Shown: piece by piece, positions 19,433 to 27,578 of the stretch | Numbering within the stretch: position 1 is the stretch's first letter | Layout of the letters: each line of letters starts with the position of its first letter | Assembly (NCBI GenBank): GCA_022071955.1 | Contig: JAJVIM010000042.1 | Span: 1 to 64,000 of the forward strand | Source: Anaerolineae bacterium | GTDB taxonomy: Bacteria; Chloroflexota; Anaerolineae; 4572-78; J111 | Length of the DNA stretch: 64,000 nt | Direction: 5' to 3' | Notes under the pieces: model-generated | Seen by the model: the letters and a program-made list of their open reading frames with translations, nothing else | What the model was told of the DNA's origin: nothing | The model's database searches: none | Position numbers and translations under genes: made by a program

Positions 19433-19864
19433 ATGGGTATTTTTGACGAACTGAAAAAATTCCTCGCGCCGACGCCGCAGCCCGCGCCGCGCCCGCTGAA
19501 TTATCCCATCGATGGCTGGGCCATCCCCACGCTGGTAGTGAGCTATTTTCCGCTGCGCGGCCGCAACATCGACATGCGCGTTACCGGCGATGTGGGCGCG
19601 CCGCTGGAGTCGTTGCGGCGGCACACGGCGACCACCACCGAAACAGTGGCGCGGGCGCTGGAAACCGGCAGCATGTACCACGGCTACAAAGACCCCGCCG
19701 CCCAGCCCAGCCTGCGCTATGAAATTATCGATACCATTGAAGTTTTGGAGCCGCTGCCCACCTGGTCCAAGCCGGGCCACCGCGTACCGATGACCGATTA
19801 CAACGCCGTGATGCAGCGCATCGATATTGCCCGCTGGCTGGCGCGTGGCGTGAAAGAGGTGTAG
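19433..19864 (+). CDS. Hypothetical protein (144 aa)
   Basis: ATG with AGGAG RBS; no recognisable domain. Confidence 0.5.
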   Translation: MGIFDELKKFLAPTPQPAPRPLNYPIDGWAIPTLVVSYFPLRGRNIDMRVTGDVGAPLESLRRHTATTTETVARALETGSMYHGYKDPAAQPSLRYEIIDTIEVLEPLPTWSKPGHRVPMTDYNAVMQRIDIARWLARGVKEV

Positions 19865-19909
19865 CTGTGGGGCTACCACGGCGGGGTCATCGATATTTGG
19901 GAGAGCAAT

Positions 19910-20413
19910 ATGGCCGGCCCGTGGGGCGACATCAGCAACAGCGACCGCGACCCGCACGATTTGCCGGTACTGGACCGGACGTACACGGTGTACCACTACA
20001 ATTACGGGCGTGGCGCCAGCGAAGCCGTGGAAGATCACATGCACCAGATTGAGGCCGTGCTGCGCCACATCGACCCGCACTTGTTTTGGGATAAATTTGT
20101 GGGCCGGCCGGGCGAGGGGCGCTGCGGCTGGGCGCACTATCCGCCCAACGGTGTGCGTGATTACGATTGGGCCAACCCCACCAAAGTGTGGACGGACATT
20201 GAGGATTGGCGGCCGGACGGGACAGGCCAAAAAGTACTCATCAACAGTGATTGCTGGCAGCGTGACAGCCTGCGCTGGTTTATCTACTGGATGCAGAATG
20301 TGCCGGGCCGCAACCACGGCATCAGCTACCGTGGCCGGCCGCTGACCAACTGGTGGCGCTTTATTGGGGATTTTGATGGGGCAATAGAGAGTAGGATGGG
20401 TTTGGTGAGTTAG
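19910..20413 (+). CDS. Hypothetical Trp/aromatic-rich protein (167 aa)
   Basis: Same reading frame as the previous ORF, separated from it by a single TAG. Confidence 0.5.
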   Translation: MAGPWGDISNSDRDPHDLPVLDRTYTVYHYNYGRGASEAVEDHMHQIEAVLRHIDPHLFWDKFVGRPGEGRCGWAHYPPNGVRDYDWANPTKVWTDIEDWRPDGTGQKVLINSDCWQRDSLRWFIYWMQNVPGRNHGISYRGRPLTNWWRFIGDFDGAIESRMGLVS

Positions 20414-20449
20414 GTGAGTTCTGTGAGTAAAAACATTTAACTCACCAAC

Positions 20450-21781
20450 TCATGCTACTCTTTTAACCGTCAGTTTAAAACCATCCATTTTGGTTACCAC
20501 CACCTGCGCCCCCGCCGGAATAGGCTGGCCATCGGCGCTGGTGGCGCGCCAGCGTTCACCCCAAACAAACACACTGCCTTCCGGTTCGAGCGCCACTTTT
20601 ACCGTGCCCACCGCGCCAAGCATCGCCTCTTCGCCGGTGGTCGGCTGCCGTTTCATCGCCTGAAACACCTTGCGAAAGCCAAAGCCGACAATAATGGCCA
20701 TCCCCACCGGAATGCCAATGATCGACGGCAGGGGGATGTCGTAGGCAAACTCGCTGGTGTTAAACAGGATAATTGCCCCGAGAATGAAAGACACCACGCC
20801 GGTGGCGGTCAGCGCGCCAAATGTGGGGGTAAACAGCTCGGCCACCAGCAGGCCAATCGCCAAAATGATCAGCGCCAGCCCGGCATAATTAACCGGCAAC
20901 TGGCCGATGCCGTACAGCCCCACCAGCAGCAACATTGCGCCCACAATCCCGCTGATGTAACCGCCCGGATTAATGATTTCATACAAAATGGCCAGGCTGC
21001 CTATCGAAATCAGCAGCAGCGCGAGCGACGGGTTGGTAATGACCCCCAGCAAATCTTCCAGCATTGTCTCTTCTATGGTGCGGGTTGGGGCGTTGGCGGT
21101 GTGCAGCGTTACTTCCTCGCCGTTAACATCCACCACAAAACCGTCCATCTGCCGCAGCAAATCGTCCAGATCGTTGGCCACAAAATCGATGACGCCCAGT
21201 TCGAGCGCCTCCTGCGCAGTGGCGGCTTTGGCCTGGGTGATGGCCTGCTGCGCCCAATCGATGGCTTCTTTGCCGCGGCGATTGGCCAGGTTTTTGATGT
21301 CGGCTACCAGGATGTTCTCGATTTTGGCTCGCAGGGTTTCGTCAATATCGCCGCCGTTGCTGTCAATTGGGCTGGCCGCGCCGATGCTGGTATTGGGGGC
21401 CATTGCCGCCACATGAGCGGCCAAAGTGATGAACGTGCCGGCCGAGGCGGCAAAGCCGCCGCGCGGCCAAACGTAAACCACCACCGGCACATCGCTGGAG
21501 ATGATTTGCTGGATGATCTGGCGGGTCAAATCGACGCTGCCGCCGGGGGTGTTCAACCGGATGACCAGCGCTTCGGCGTTGGCGGTATCGGCGGCCTTAA
21601 TGGCGCGTTCAATAAAGCTGAGCATCACCGGCGTTACCGGGCCATCAACATCTGCCACCAGCACTTCCCGCTGGGGTTGGGCCAGCGCCGCCGGGGCCAG
21701 CAGGTGGGCTACCACCAGCACCAGATAGAACAGCCGCAGAAGTTTGTGTAATACCGGCATAAGTTCCTCGCTTTTAATCAA
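20450..21781 (-). CDS. NfeD-family membrane-bound serine protease (ClpP-class) with C-terminal OB-fold
   Basis: ClpP-like fold region (RLNTPGGSVD...FAASAGTFITLAA), multi-TM middle, NfeD short-form OB domain at the C-terminus. Confidence 0.8.
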   Translation of the reverse strand: MIKSEELMPVLHKLLRLFYLVLVVAHLLAPAALAQPQREVLVADVDGPVTPVMLSFIERAIKAADTANAEALVIRLNTPGGSVDLTRQIIQQIISSDVPVVVYVWPRGGFAASAGTFITLAAHVAAMAPNTSIGAASPIDSNGGDIDETLRAKIENILVADIKNLANRRGKEAIDWAQQAITQAKAATAQEALELGVIDFVANDLDDLLRQMDGFVVDVNGEEVTLHTANAPTRTIEETMLEDLLGVITNPSLALLLISIGSLAILYEIINPGGYISGIVGAMLLLVGLYGIGQLPVNYAGLALIILAIGLLVAELFTPTFGALTATGVVSFILGAIILFNTSEFAYDIPLPSIIGIPVGMAIIVGFGFRKVFQAMKRQPTTGEEAMLGAVGTVKVALEPEGSVFVWGERWRATSADGQPIPAGAQVVVTKMDGFKLTVKRVA

Positions 21782-21801
21782 TCGTGTATTGATATTATAG
21801 C

Positions 21802-23187
21802 TTGGCCGGCAGGCCGCGCCAAGCCGGGGTAAGGTTGAGGTTGGCTGTATTTGTGCTACAATGCGGTGCGGTCAGCTCACGTAAGGAGACTCCCATCGAC
21901 CTAACACAGACTCATGGCCAAAAGCGCAGCCTGCCTTTTATTTTGGCGGTGGCCCTGTTTGGCCTGGCGCTGGGCTTTAACGCCAGCACCCTTGACCCCT
22001 TTATTTACACCGAAAAAGTGCGCCTGCTGGCCCCGCCGGAATTAAAAAATACCGCGCTCGGCGGCATTACCATTTTGGCTTTGCTGATGGCGCTGCTGGT
22101 GCAGCCGCTGGTGGGCCAATGGAGCGACCGCACTCGCGGGCGGTGGGGCAAACGCGCCCCGTTCCTGATTGTTGGCTCGGTGGGGATGAGCCTGGCCCTG
22201 GCGGTACTGGTGGGGGCTAACAGTTTGGTTATTTTGCTGGTGGGCGCGCTGCTGGTGTCAATGTTTTCCAACACCACCCAGGCGGCCTGGCAGGCGCTCA
22301 TCCCCGATTATATTCGCGTGGCCCAGCACGGCACATCGGCGGGGGCCAAAACGGTGCTGGAGCTGGTGGGCGTGGTTAGCGGCATTGGCGTGGTGGGCTA
22401 TTTTTTGTCGCGGGGAAATGTGTGGGCCGCGCCGGCGGTTACCGCCGGACTGTTTTTGGTAATCCTGCTGGTAACGCTGGGACTGGTGCTGAAAACACCG
22501 GCCATCGACAGCGAGCCGGCGCCCCGCCAAACGGCCAGTTTTGCGGCGACGTTTGCCGTCAATTTAAAAAATGCGCCGCCGGCGTTTTTGTGGTGGATGC
22601 TCAACCGGATTTTATTTTGGGCGGCGGCTATTTCTGTCCGTACCTTTTTGCTCAATTATCTGGAAGATGTGCTGGGCCTCACCCCGGCCGAGGCGCAATC
22701 GCAAAGCAGCCGGATTTTGATTTTGCTGGGGCTGGGCGTGTTTGTGCTGGCGCTGCCGGCCGGCGCGGTGGCCGACCGGATTGGACGGCGACCAATTTTA
22801 ATTTTGGCCGGCCTGATGGCCGCCGGCGGTGCGACGTTGCTGGTGGTTTCCCGCGATCTGTCTGTTTTATACGTGGCCGGCGGGCTGATTGCCGGTGCGG
22901 CCGGTATATTTGCCAGCGCCAGTTGGGCGCTGGCCATCAACCTGGCTCCGCACCACGAAGGCGCGCTGTATTTGGCGCTGGCCAACGCGGCCACGGTGAC
23001 AGGCAGTATTGTTGGCCGGGTGGGCGGCGCGCTGATCGATGGACTCAACCAGTGGCTCGGCACGGCGACGACCGGCTATCTGGTGGATTACAGCATCGCC
23101 GCGCTGTTTTTTTTGGCCAGCAGCCTGGTAGCTTTCAAAATCCCGGAGACAATCCGGCGCCGCGGCGATACCGCCGGGCCGGATTGA
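21802..23187 (+). CDS. MFS transporter (start codon uncertain)
   Basis: 12 predicted TM helices, MFS loop motif GQWSDRTRGRWGKRAP; AAGGAG at 21883; a possible sigma70-like promoter TTGAGG-16-TACAAT (21835-21862) lies inside the maximal ORF, suggesting a later start. Confidence 0.75.
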   Translation: MAGRPRQAGVRLRLAVFVLQCGAVSSRKETPIDLTQTHGQKRSLPFILAVALFGLALGFNASTLDPFIYTEKVRLLAPPELKNTALGGITILALLMALLVQPLVGQWSDRTRGRWGKRAPFLIVGSVGMSLALAVLVGANSLVILLVGALLVSMFSNTTQAAWQALIPDYIRVAQHGTSAGAKTVLELVGVVSGIGVVGYFLSRGNVWAAPAVTAGLFLVILLVTLGLVLKTPAIDSEPAPRQTASFAATFAVNLKNAPPAFLWWMLNRILFWAAAISVRTFLLNYLEDVLGLTPAEAQSQSSRILILLGLGVFVLALPAGAVADRIGRRPILILAGLMAAGGATLLVVSRDLSVLYVAGGLIAGAAGIFASASWALAINLAPHHEGALYLALANAATVTGSIVGRVGGALIDGLNQWLGTATTGYLVDYSIAALFFLASSLVAFKIPETIRRRGDTAGPD

Positions 23188-23230
23188 CATTCTGTTTAGG
23201 GTGCGTAAAAATATAAGTTCCCGCGCCCCG

Positions 23231-23340
23231 GAATGTCACTCTGAGCCGAAGGCGAAGAGTCCCCAGGTTATCGGCTTAAACGGGCCACGGTCAGAGAGAT
23301 TCTTACCCAAGGGCACAGGTCGCTTCGCTCAGAATGACAT
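23231..23340. repeat. Long imperfect inverted repeat between convergent genes (AATGTCACTCTGAGCCGAAGGCGAAG ... CTTCGCTCAGAATGACAT)
   Basis: About 22-bp arms with about 52-bp spacer; candidate bidirectional terminator or MITE-like element. Confidence 0.45.
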
Positions 23341-23366
23341 AACGGAAGTTATTCTTTTACGAACTC

Positions 23367-25076
23367 TTAGCGCCGGTCCTGGCCGTAGTCGGGCACGTAT
23401 TCGGCCCGCTTGATTTTGTTGGTGGGAGTTTTGACAAAAGGCGCGCGCTGTTCGATCACCTTTTGGATTTGTGAAAAAGTGGGCAGTATTTTGTTCACCT
23501 GCCGGCGCACGTCTTCCAAAATTTGCTCGATGTCCTGGGCAATGGTCTCTTCTGATTTGTTCTTTTCGATGCTTTGAATGTAGCTGTAATCGGGGTAAAT
23601 CCGGGCCGTCAACTGGCCTTCCAGTTGTAAAACCAGCGCCTCGTCTACAAACGGCGAAGATTTGAGTTTGTCCTCAATAATTTCGGGGTAAATGTTTTCG
23701 CCGGATGGCCCAATGATGACGTTTTTGGAACGCCCTTTGATGTACAGGTAGCCGTCCGCGTCAATGTAGCCGCGGTCGCCGGTAATCAGCCAGCCATCGG
23801 CGGTGAACACCCGGCGGGTTTCGCTTTCGTTTTTGTAGTAGCCCTGCATCACGTTGGGGCCTTTTACCAAAATTTCACCGATGCCGGTTTCCGGGTTGGG
23901 GTCAATAATTTTTATCTGCACATCCTGAATCGGATAGCCAGTGGATCCCAGCCGGGTGGCGTGGATGGGCGAGCCGGTTACCAGCGGCGCGCATTCGCTC
24001 AGGCCGTACCCAATGGCGTAGGGGATGCCGGCTTCGCGCAGAAACAGTTCGGCTTCAGAGGCCAAACTGGCCCCGCCAATCAGTATCCCCTGCATTTTGC
24101 CCCCAAATACGGCTTTTACCTTGCGGCCAATGAGCCGATACACCAGTTTTCTGGTCAGCGGCAGCTTCACCAGTTGGCGCAGCGCCGGATTGCCGGCAAT
24201 GGCCGGCACCACCTGCTTTTGATAAATCTTTTCAAAGATCAGCGGGACGGCGGCCATAAACGTTGGTTTTACCTGCTGCATGGCGTTGAGCAGCACCTTT
24301 GGCGACGGTTTTTTGTCCATGTAGTACACCGACGCGCCGCAGTACAGCGGCGACAGCAGGGTAATGGTTGAGCCAAAGGCGTGGGCCATCGGCAAAATAG
24401 CCAGCAGCACGCTTTCCGGGGTGATCACTTTCACCAGCTCCGGCCCGCCGATCAGGTTGCTTACCAGATTTTTGTGGGTGAGCATTACCCCTTTGGAATG
24501 GCCGGTGGTGCCGGAAGTGTATAAAATCTGGGCCAGATCGTCTTCCCTGATTTCAATGACCGCCAGTTCCGGGCTGGATTTTTCGCGGACCGGCCGGATT
24601 TTTTCCGGCAGGTGGTGAAGCGGGTTCCACGGATTGTCGCTGGCCGGCGGCTCGCCGAGCGGGGCCAGGCAGGTCAGATCAACAATAATGTTGATTTTTT
24701 CCAGCGAGGGCAGATTGAGGCTGTTGTACAGCGCCTCGTCAATGATAATGGCTTTGGCTTCGGAGTGGTTAATAATGTAATCGATGTCCGGTTCGGGAAA
24801 TTCCGGCATCACCGGCACCACCACCGCGCCCATGGTCATCACACTCAAAAACGCCACAGACCAGTTGGGCGAGTTGGCTCCCACCAGCACCACTTTATCG
24901 TGCGGATTAACTCCGTACCGGCGTAACTGCTGTTGCAGATTTTTTACCCGCTCGCCCAATTCACGGTAGGTAAAGGGCGACTGGCCGGTAAAGGCCAGCG
25001 CCGGCCGGTCGGCGTATTTTTGAACTGCGGCCTCAAAAAATGCATTGAGGGTGAGTTTGGACAGATTTAACGTCAT
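23367..25076 (-). CDS. Long-chain fatty acid-CoA ligase (AMP-binding family)
   Basis: YTSGTTGHSKGV AMP-binding motif, full-length family similarity. Confidence 0.85.
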   Translation of the reverse strand: MTLNLSKLTLNAFFEAAVQKYADRPALAFTGQSPFTYRELGERVKNLQQQLRRYGVNPHDKVVLVGANSPNWSVAFLSVMTMGAVVVPVMPEFPEPDIDYIINHSEAKAIIIDEALYNSLNLPSLEKINIIVDLTCLAPLGEPPASDNPWNPLHHLPEKIRPVREKSSPELAVIEIREDDLAQILYTSGTTGHSKGVMLTHKNLVSNLIGGPELVKVITPESVLLAILPMAHAFGSTITLLSPLYCGASVYYMDKKPSPKVLLNAMQQVKPTFMAAVPLIFEKIYQKQVVPAIAGNPALRQLVKLPLTRKLVYRLIGRKVKAVFGGKMQGILIGGASLASEAELFLREAGIPYAIGYGLSECAPLVTGSPIHATRLGSTGYPIQDVQIKIIDPNPETGIGEILVKGPNVMQGYYKNESETRRVFTADGWLITGDRGYIDADGYLYIKGRSKNVIIGPSGENIYPEIIEDKLKSSPFVDEALVLQLEGQLTARIYPDYSYIQSIEKNKSEETIAQDIEQILEDVRRQVNKILPTFSQIQKVIEQRAPFVKTPTNKIKRAEYVPDYGQDRR

Positions 25077-26074
25077 TGTTGTCTTTCCTGATTGGGTTGA
25101 ATGATTTGACCGGCTTTGAGCTGCTGAACCAGCCGGGCGTTTTCAATGGCGACGGCGGTTTGGTTGGCCATGGCGGTCATTATTTTAATATCGCGTTGGG
25201 TAAAATTCGGCCCATCCAGATTGTTGGCGGCAGTTAATGTGCCAAGAATTGTACCCCGAAAGATAATAGGCACAACCAGCACCGCGCCGGCCTGGTTGTA
25301 CTGCCGGTACTGCTGTACCTCCGGGCTTTCGCGCAGGTCAGGCTGCTCCTTGGGCGAGAGCGCCGGCATTTTCTCGCGAATGACCCAACCGCTCAAACCG
25401 GCCATCATTTGGGCAAACGATATGACCGGTTTGTACTGGTTTGATTCAACATTGGTGACAATATTGGTTATATTTTGCCGGGCCAAATCCACCAGAATCA
25501 GCGCGGCCCGGTGCGCGGGCAGCGTTTGGCTAATGCTGTTTACGGCGTCCTGCAACAGGTCGGCCAGGCTGGTGATGGTAGTTAGCGACAGGCTGAAGCG
25601 GTACAGCGCCTCGGTATCGGCCAGCATGGCGGCGCTTTGCTCAAACAGGCGGCGATAGCGGGCCTCGCTGTATTTGAGCTTTTGCTCCATATTGTGTTTG
25701 TACAGGGCCATTTCGATGGTGCTGGGCAGGTCGCGGTTTTCAAAAGGCTTCAGCATGTAGCCGGCCGGTTCGGTTTGTTTGGCCCGCTCAAAGGTTTCGG
25801 CGTCGGTGTAGGCCGTCATAAAAACAATGGGCGTTACCTGCCGCTGGCGGATTTCCTGGGCCGCTTCAATGCCATCGAGCGAGCCTTGCAGTTTGATGTC
25901 CATCAGAATCAAATCCGGTTTAAGTTCCAGTGTCCGGGTAATGGCTTCTTCGCCACTGGCGACAATGGCCAGTACCGGGTAGCCGTGCTGCTCCAAACTC
26001 AGTTTAATGTTAGCAGCGACAATAAATTCATCTTCAACAATTAATATTCGGGCTTTGGGCATCCTGTTGCTCAT
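25073..26074 (-). CDS. Response regulator with REC and GAF domains (no DNA-binding output)
   Basis: ILIVEDEFIVAANIKL...DLILMDIKL receiver; C-terminal GAF-like region; ATGA overlap with the acyl-CoA ligase. Confidence 0.8.
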   Translation of the reverse strand: MSNRMPKARILIVEDEFIVAANIKLSLEQHGYPVLAIVASGEEAITRTLELKPDLILMDIKLQGSLDGIEAAQEIRQRQVTPIVFMTAYTDAETFERAKQTEPAGYMLKPFENRDLPSTIEMALYKHNMEQKLKYSEARYRRLFEQSAAMLADTEALYRFSLSLTTITSLADLLQDAVNSISQTLPAHRAALILVDLARQNITNIVTNVESNQYKPVISFAQMMAGLSGWVIREKMPALSPKEQPDLRESPEVQQYRQYNQAGAVLVVPIIFRGTILGTLTAANNLDGPNFTQRDIKIMTAMANQTAVAIENARLVQQLKAGQIIQPNQERQQ

Positions 26075-26122
26075 CAGTTTTGGCCAAAACTATACTGAAT
26101 CAATTTGAGAGTTACACTTTTG

Positions 26123-26267
26123 CCCTCATCCCCCCGGCCCCCTTCTCCCTCAGGGAGAAGGGGGAGAAAAGCTTTTTTGGTGCGGTTTTGAGCGGCGAAG
26201 CCGCTCAAAACCGCACCAAGTCAATCGTTCCCCCTCCCCAATTTGGGGAGGGGGTTGGGGGGAGGGG
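26123..26267. repeat. Composite GC-rich intergenic element, copy B
   Basis: GCCCTCATCCCCCCGGCCCCCTTCTCCCT arm; GGTGCGGTTTTGAGCGGC-GAA-GCCGCTCAAAACCGCACC (26179-26217); CCCCCTCCCC-aattt-GGGGAGGGGG (26230-26254); G4 motif 26245-26267. Confidence 0.5.
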
Positions 26268-26329
26268 ACCAGAAAGTGCAATTTTCATTCTGGCTTCAGT
26301 ATAAACGCCAGAAATTTCTATTGTAGTCT

Positions 26330-27460
26330 TCAACCGGGGTTGTCAGAAATAACCCGGTTCAGTGTTTCGATCAGTTTTTGCTGGGCCTGGGGCGATAATC
26401 CGCCGGCGGCCGCCGCCTGCAAAACGGGTTCCCAGTGCGGCACCGGCGTGTCCTGCCAGGCGATGCCGGCAGCTTCAAACACGGGCCGGGTGGCCGGCCA
26501 CGCTTCGGCCACCAGCGCCACCGGCTGGCTGCCATCGAGCGGCAGCGGCAGCGAAGTGGGCGGCGCGGACGGTGCGGGCGGTTGTTCGCCGGGGGGCAGC
26601 AGGCCAAACAGCCGCGCCGCGTTAAGGCCCATAATGTTGTCGGCAGCGTCGGGCGGCAACTTGAGCTGCTCAATTTCTTCGATAAACGGGCTAAAATCGG
26701 GGGCAGTCTGGCGGCGCGGGTAGAGTCGCAGCGGGTAGTCGGAGCCGTACAATATTTTGCCGGGGTCAACGCAGTGCAGGGCCGTGGCAAAAATTTTGGC
26801 GGTAGGGTAGAGCAGCGGCGAGGCGGCTGTATCGTACCACACGTTTTTGAGCACCCGGCCAACTTTGGGCATCAGCTCATAAAACAGCAACCCGCCGCCC
26901 CAGTGGGCCAAAATGAGCTTTAACTCCGGCAGGGTTTGCGCCAGCCGGTAGTAATGGCGCAGCGGCGTTGTGCTTTTGCCGGGGTAGTAGGGGCCAACCG
27001 CTTCGTTAACATGCAGATTGAGGGGAATATTGTGCCGGATGCAGGCCTCGGCCAGGCGCAGAAAATGGGTATCGCTCAGGCTGAAGCCCTGGGCGTACGG
27101 GTTCAACTCGCCCACCCCGGCAAAGCCGGCATCGAGGCAGCGCCGAAGTTCGGCCAGGGCCAGCGGACCGGCGTTAGGCTGAATCACTGCCAGCGGGATA
27201 ATCCGGTTGGGCCAGCGCCGGGCCAGTTCCATCGCCCGGTTGTTGCGCTCCACGCAGGCCTCGTGCCGCCGAAAATACTCGCCCACCAGCGCCACTCGGG
27301 CCAGCCCGGCCCGGTCCATAGCGGCGATCATCTGCTCGGCGCTGGCCCAGCCCTGCACCGATTTTGGCCCCAGCAGCAGCCCCCAATACGGTTCGCGCCC
27401 GGCCAGTTGGGCCGGGTCAATGGTGGGCGGCATATAATGAACGTGAGCATCAATGCGCAT
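26330..27460 (-). CDS. Amidohydrolase-family (TIM-barrel metal-dependent hydrolase) protein with C-terminal extension
   Basis: MRIDAHVHYMPP (HxH metal site) and conserved downstream His/Asp; start at 27460 or 27478. Confidence 0.75.
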   Translation of the reverse strand: MRIDAHVHYMPPTIDPAQLAGREPYWGLLLGPKSVQGWASAEQMIAAMDRAGLARVALVGEYFRRHEACVERNNRAMELARRWPNRIIPLAVIQPNAGPLALAELRRCLDAGFAGVGELNPYAQGFSLSDTHFLRLAEACIRHNIPLNLHVNEAVGPYYPGKSTTPLRHYYRLAQTLPELKLILAHWGGGLLFYELMPKVGRVLKNVWYDTAASPLLYPTAKIFATALHCVDPGKILYGSDYPLRLYPRRQTAPDFSPFIEEIEQLKLPPDAADNIMGLNAARLFGLLPPGEQPPAPSAPPTSLPLPLDGSQPVALVAEAWPATRPVFEAAGIAWQDTPVPHWEPVLQAAAAGGLSPQAQQKLIETLNRVISDNPG

Positions 27461-27519
27461 GGGCAGCTCTTTCTGCATAGCCGGATAATAGCACGGATAA
27501 GGCCAAAACGCTATCGGGA

Positions 27520-27548
27520 TTGCTTTCTGTCTGGCGTTTGGGTACAAT
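27520..27548 (+). promoter_or_regulatory. Candidate sigma70-type promoter for the STAND operon (TTGCTT-17-TACAAT)
   Basis: Hexamers and spacing read directly; 30 bp upstream of the ATG at 27579. Confidence 0.4.
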
Positions 27549-27578
27549 CTTAACCAACTTGCAAGAGGGTCCAGCGCG

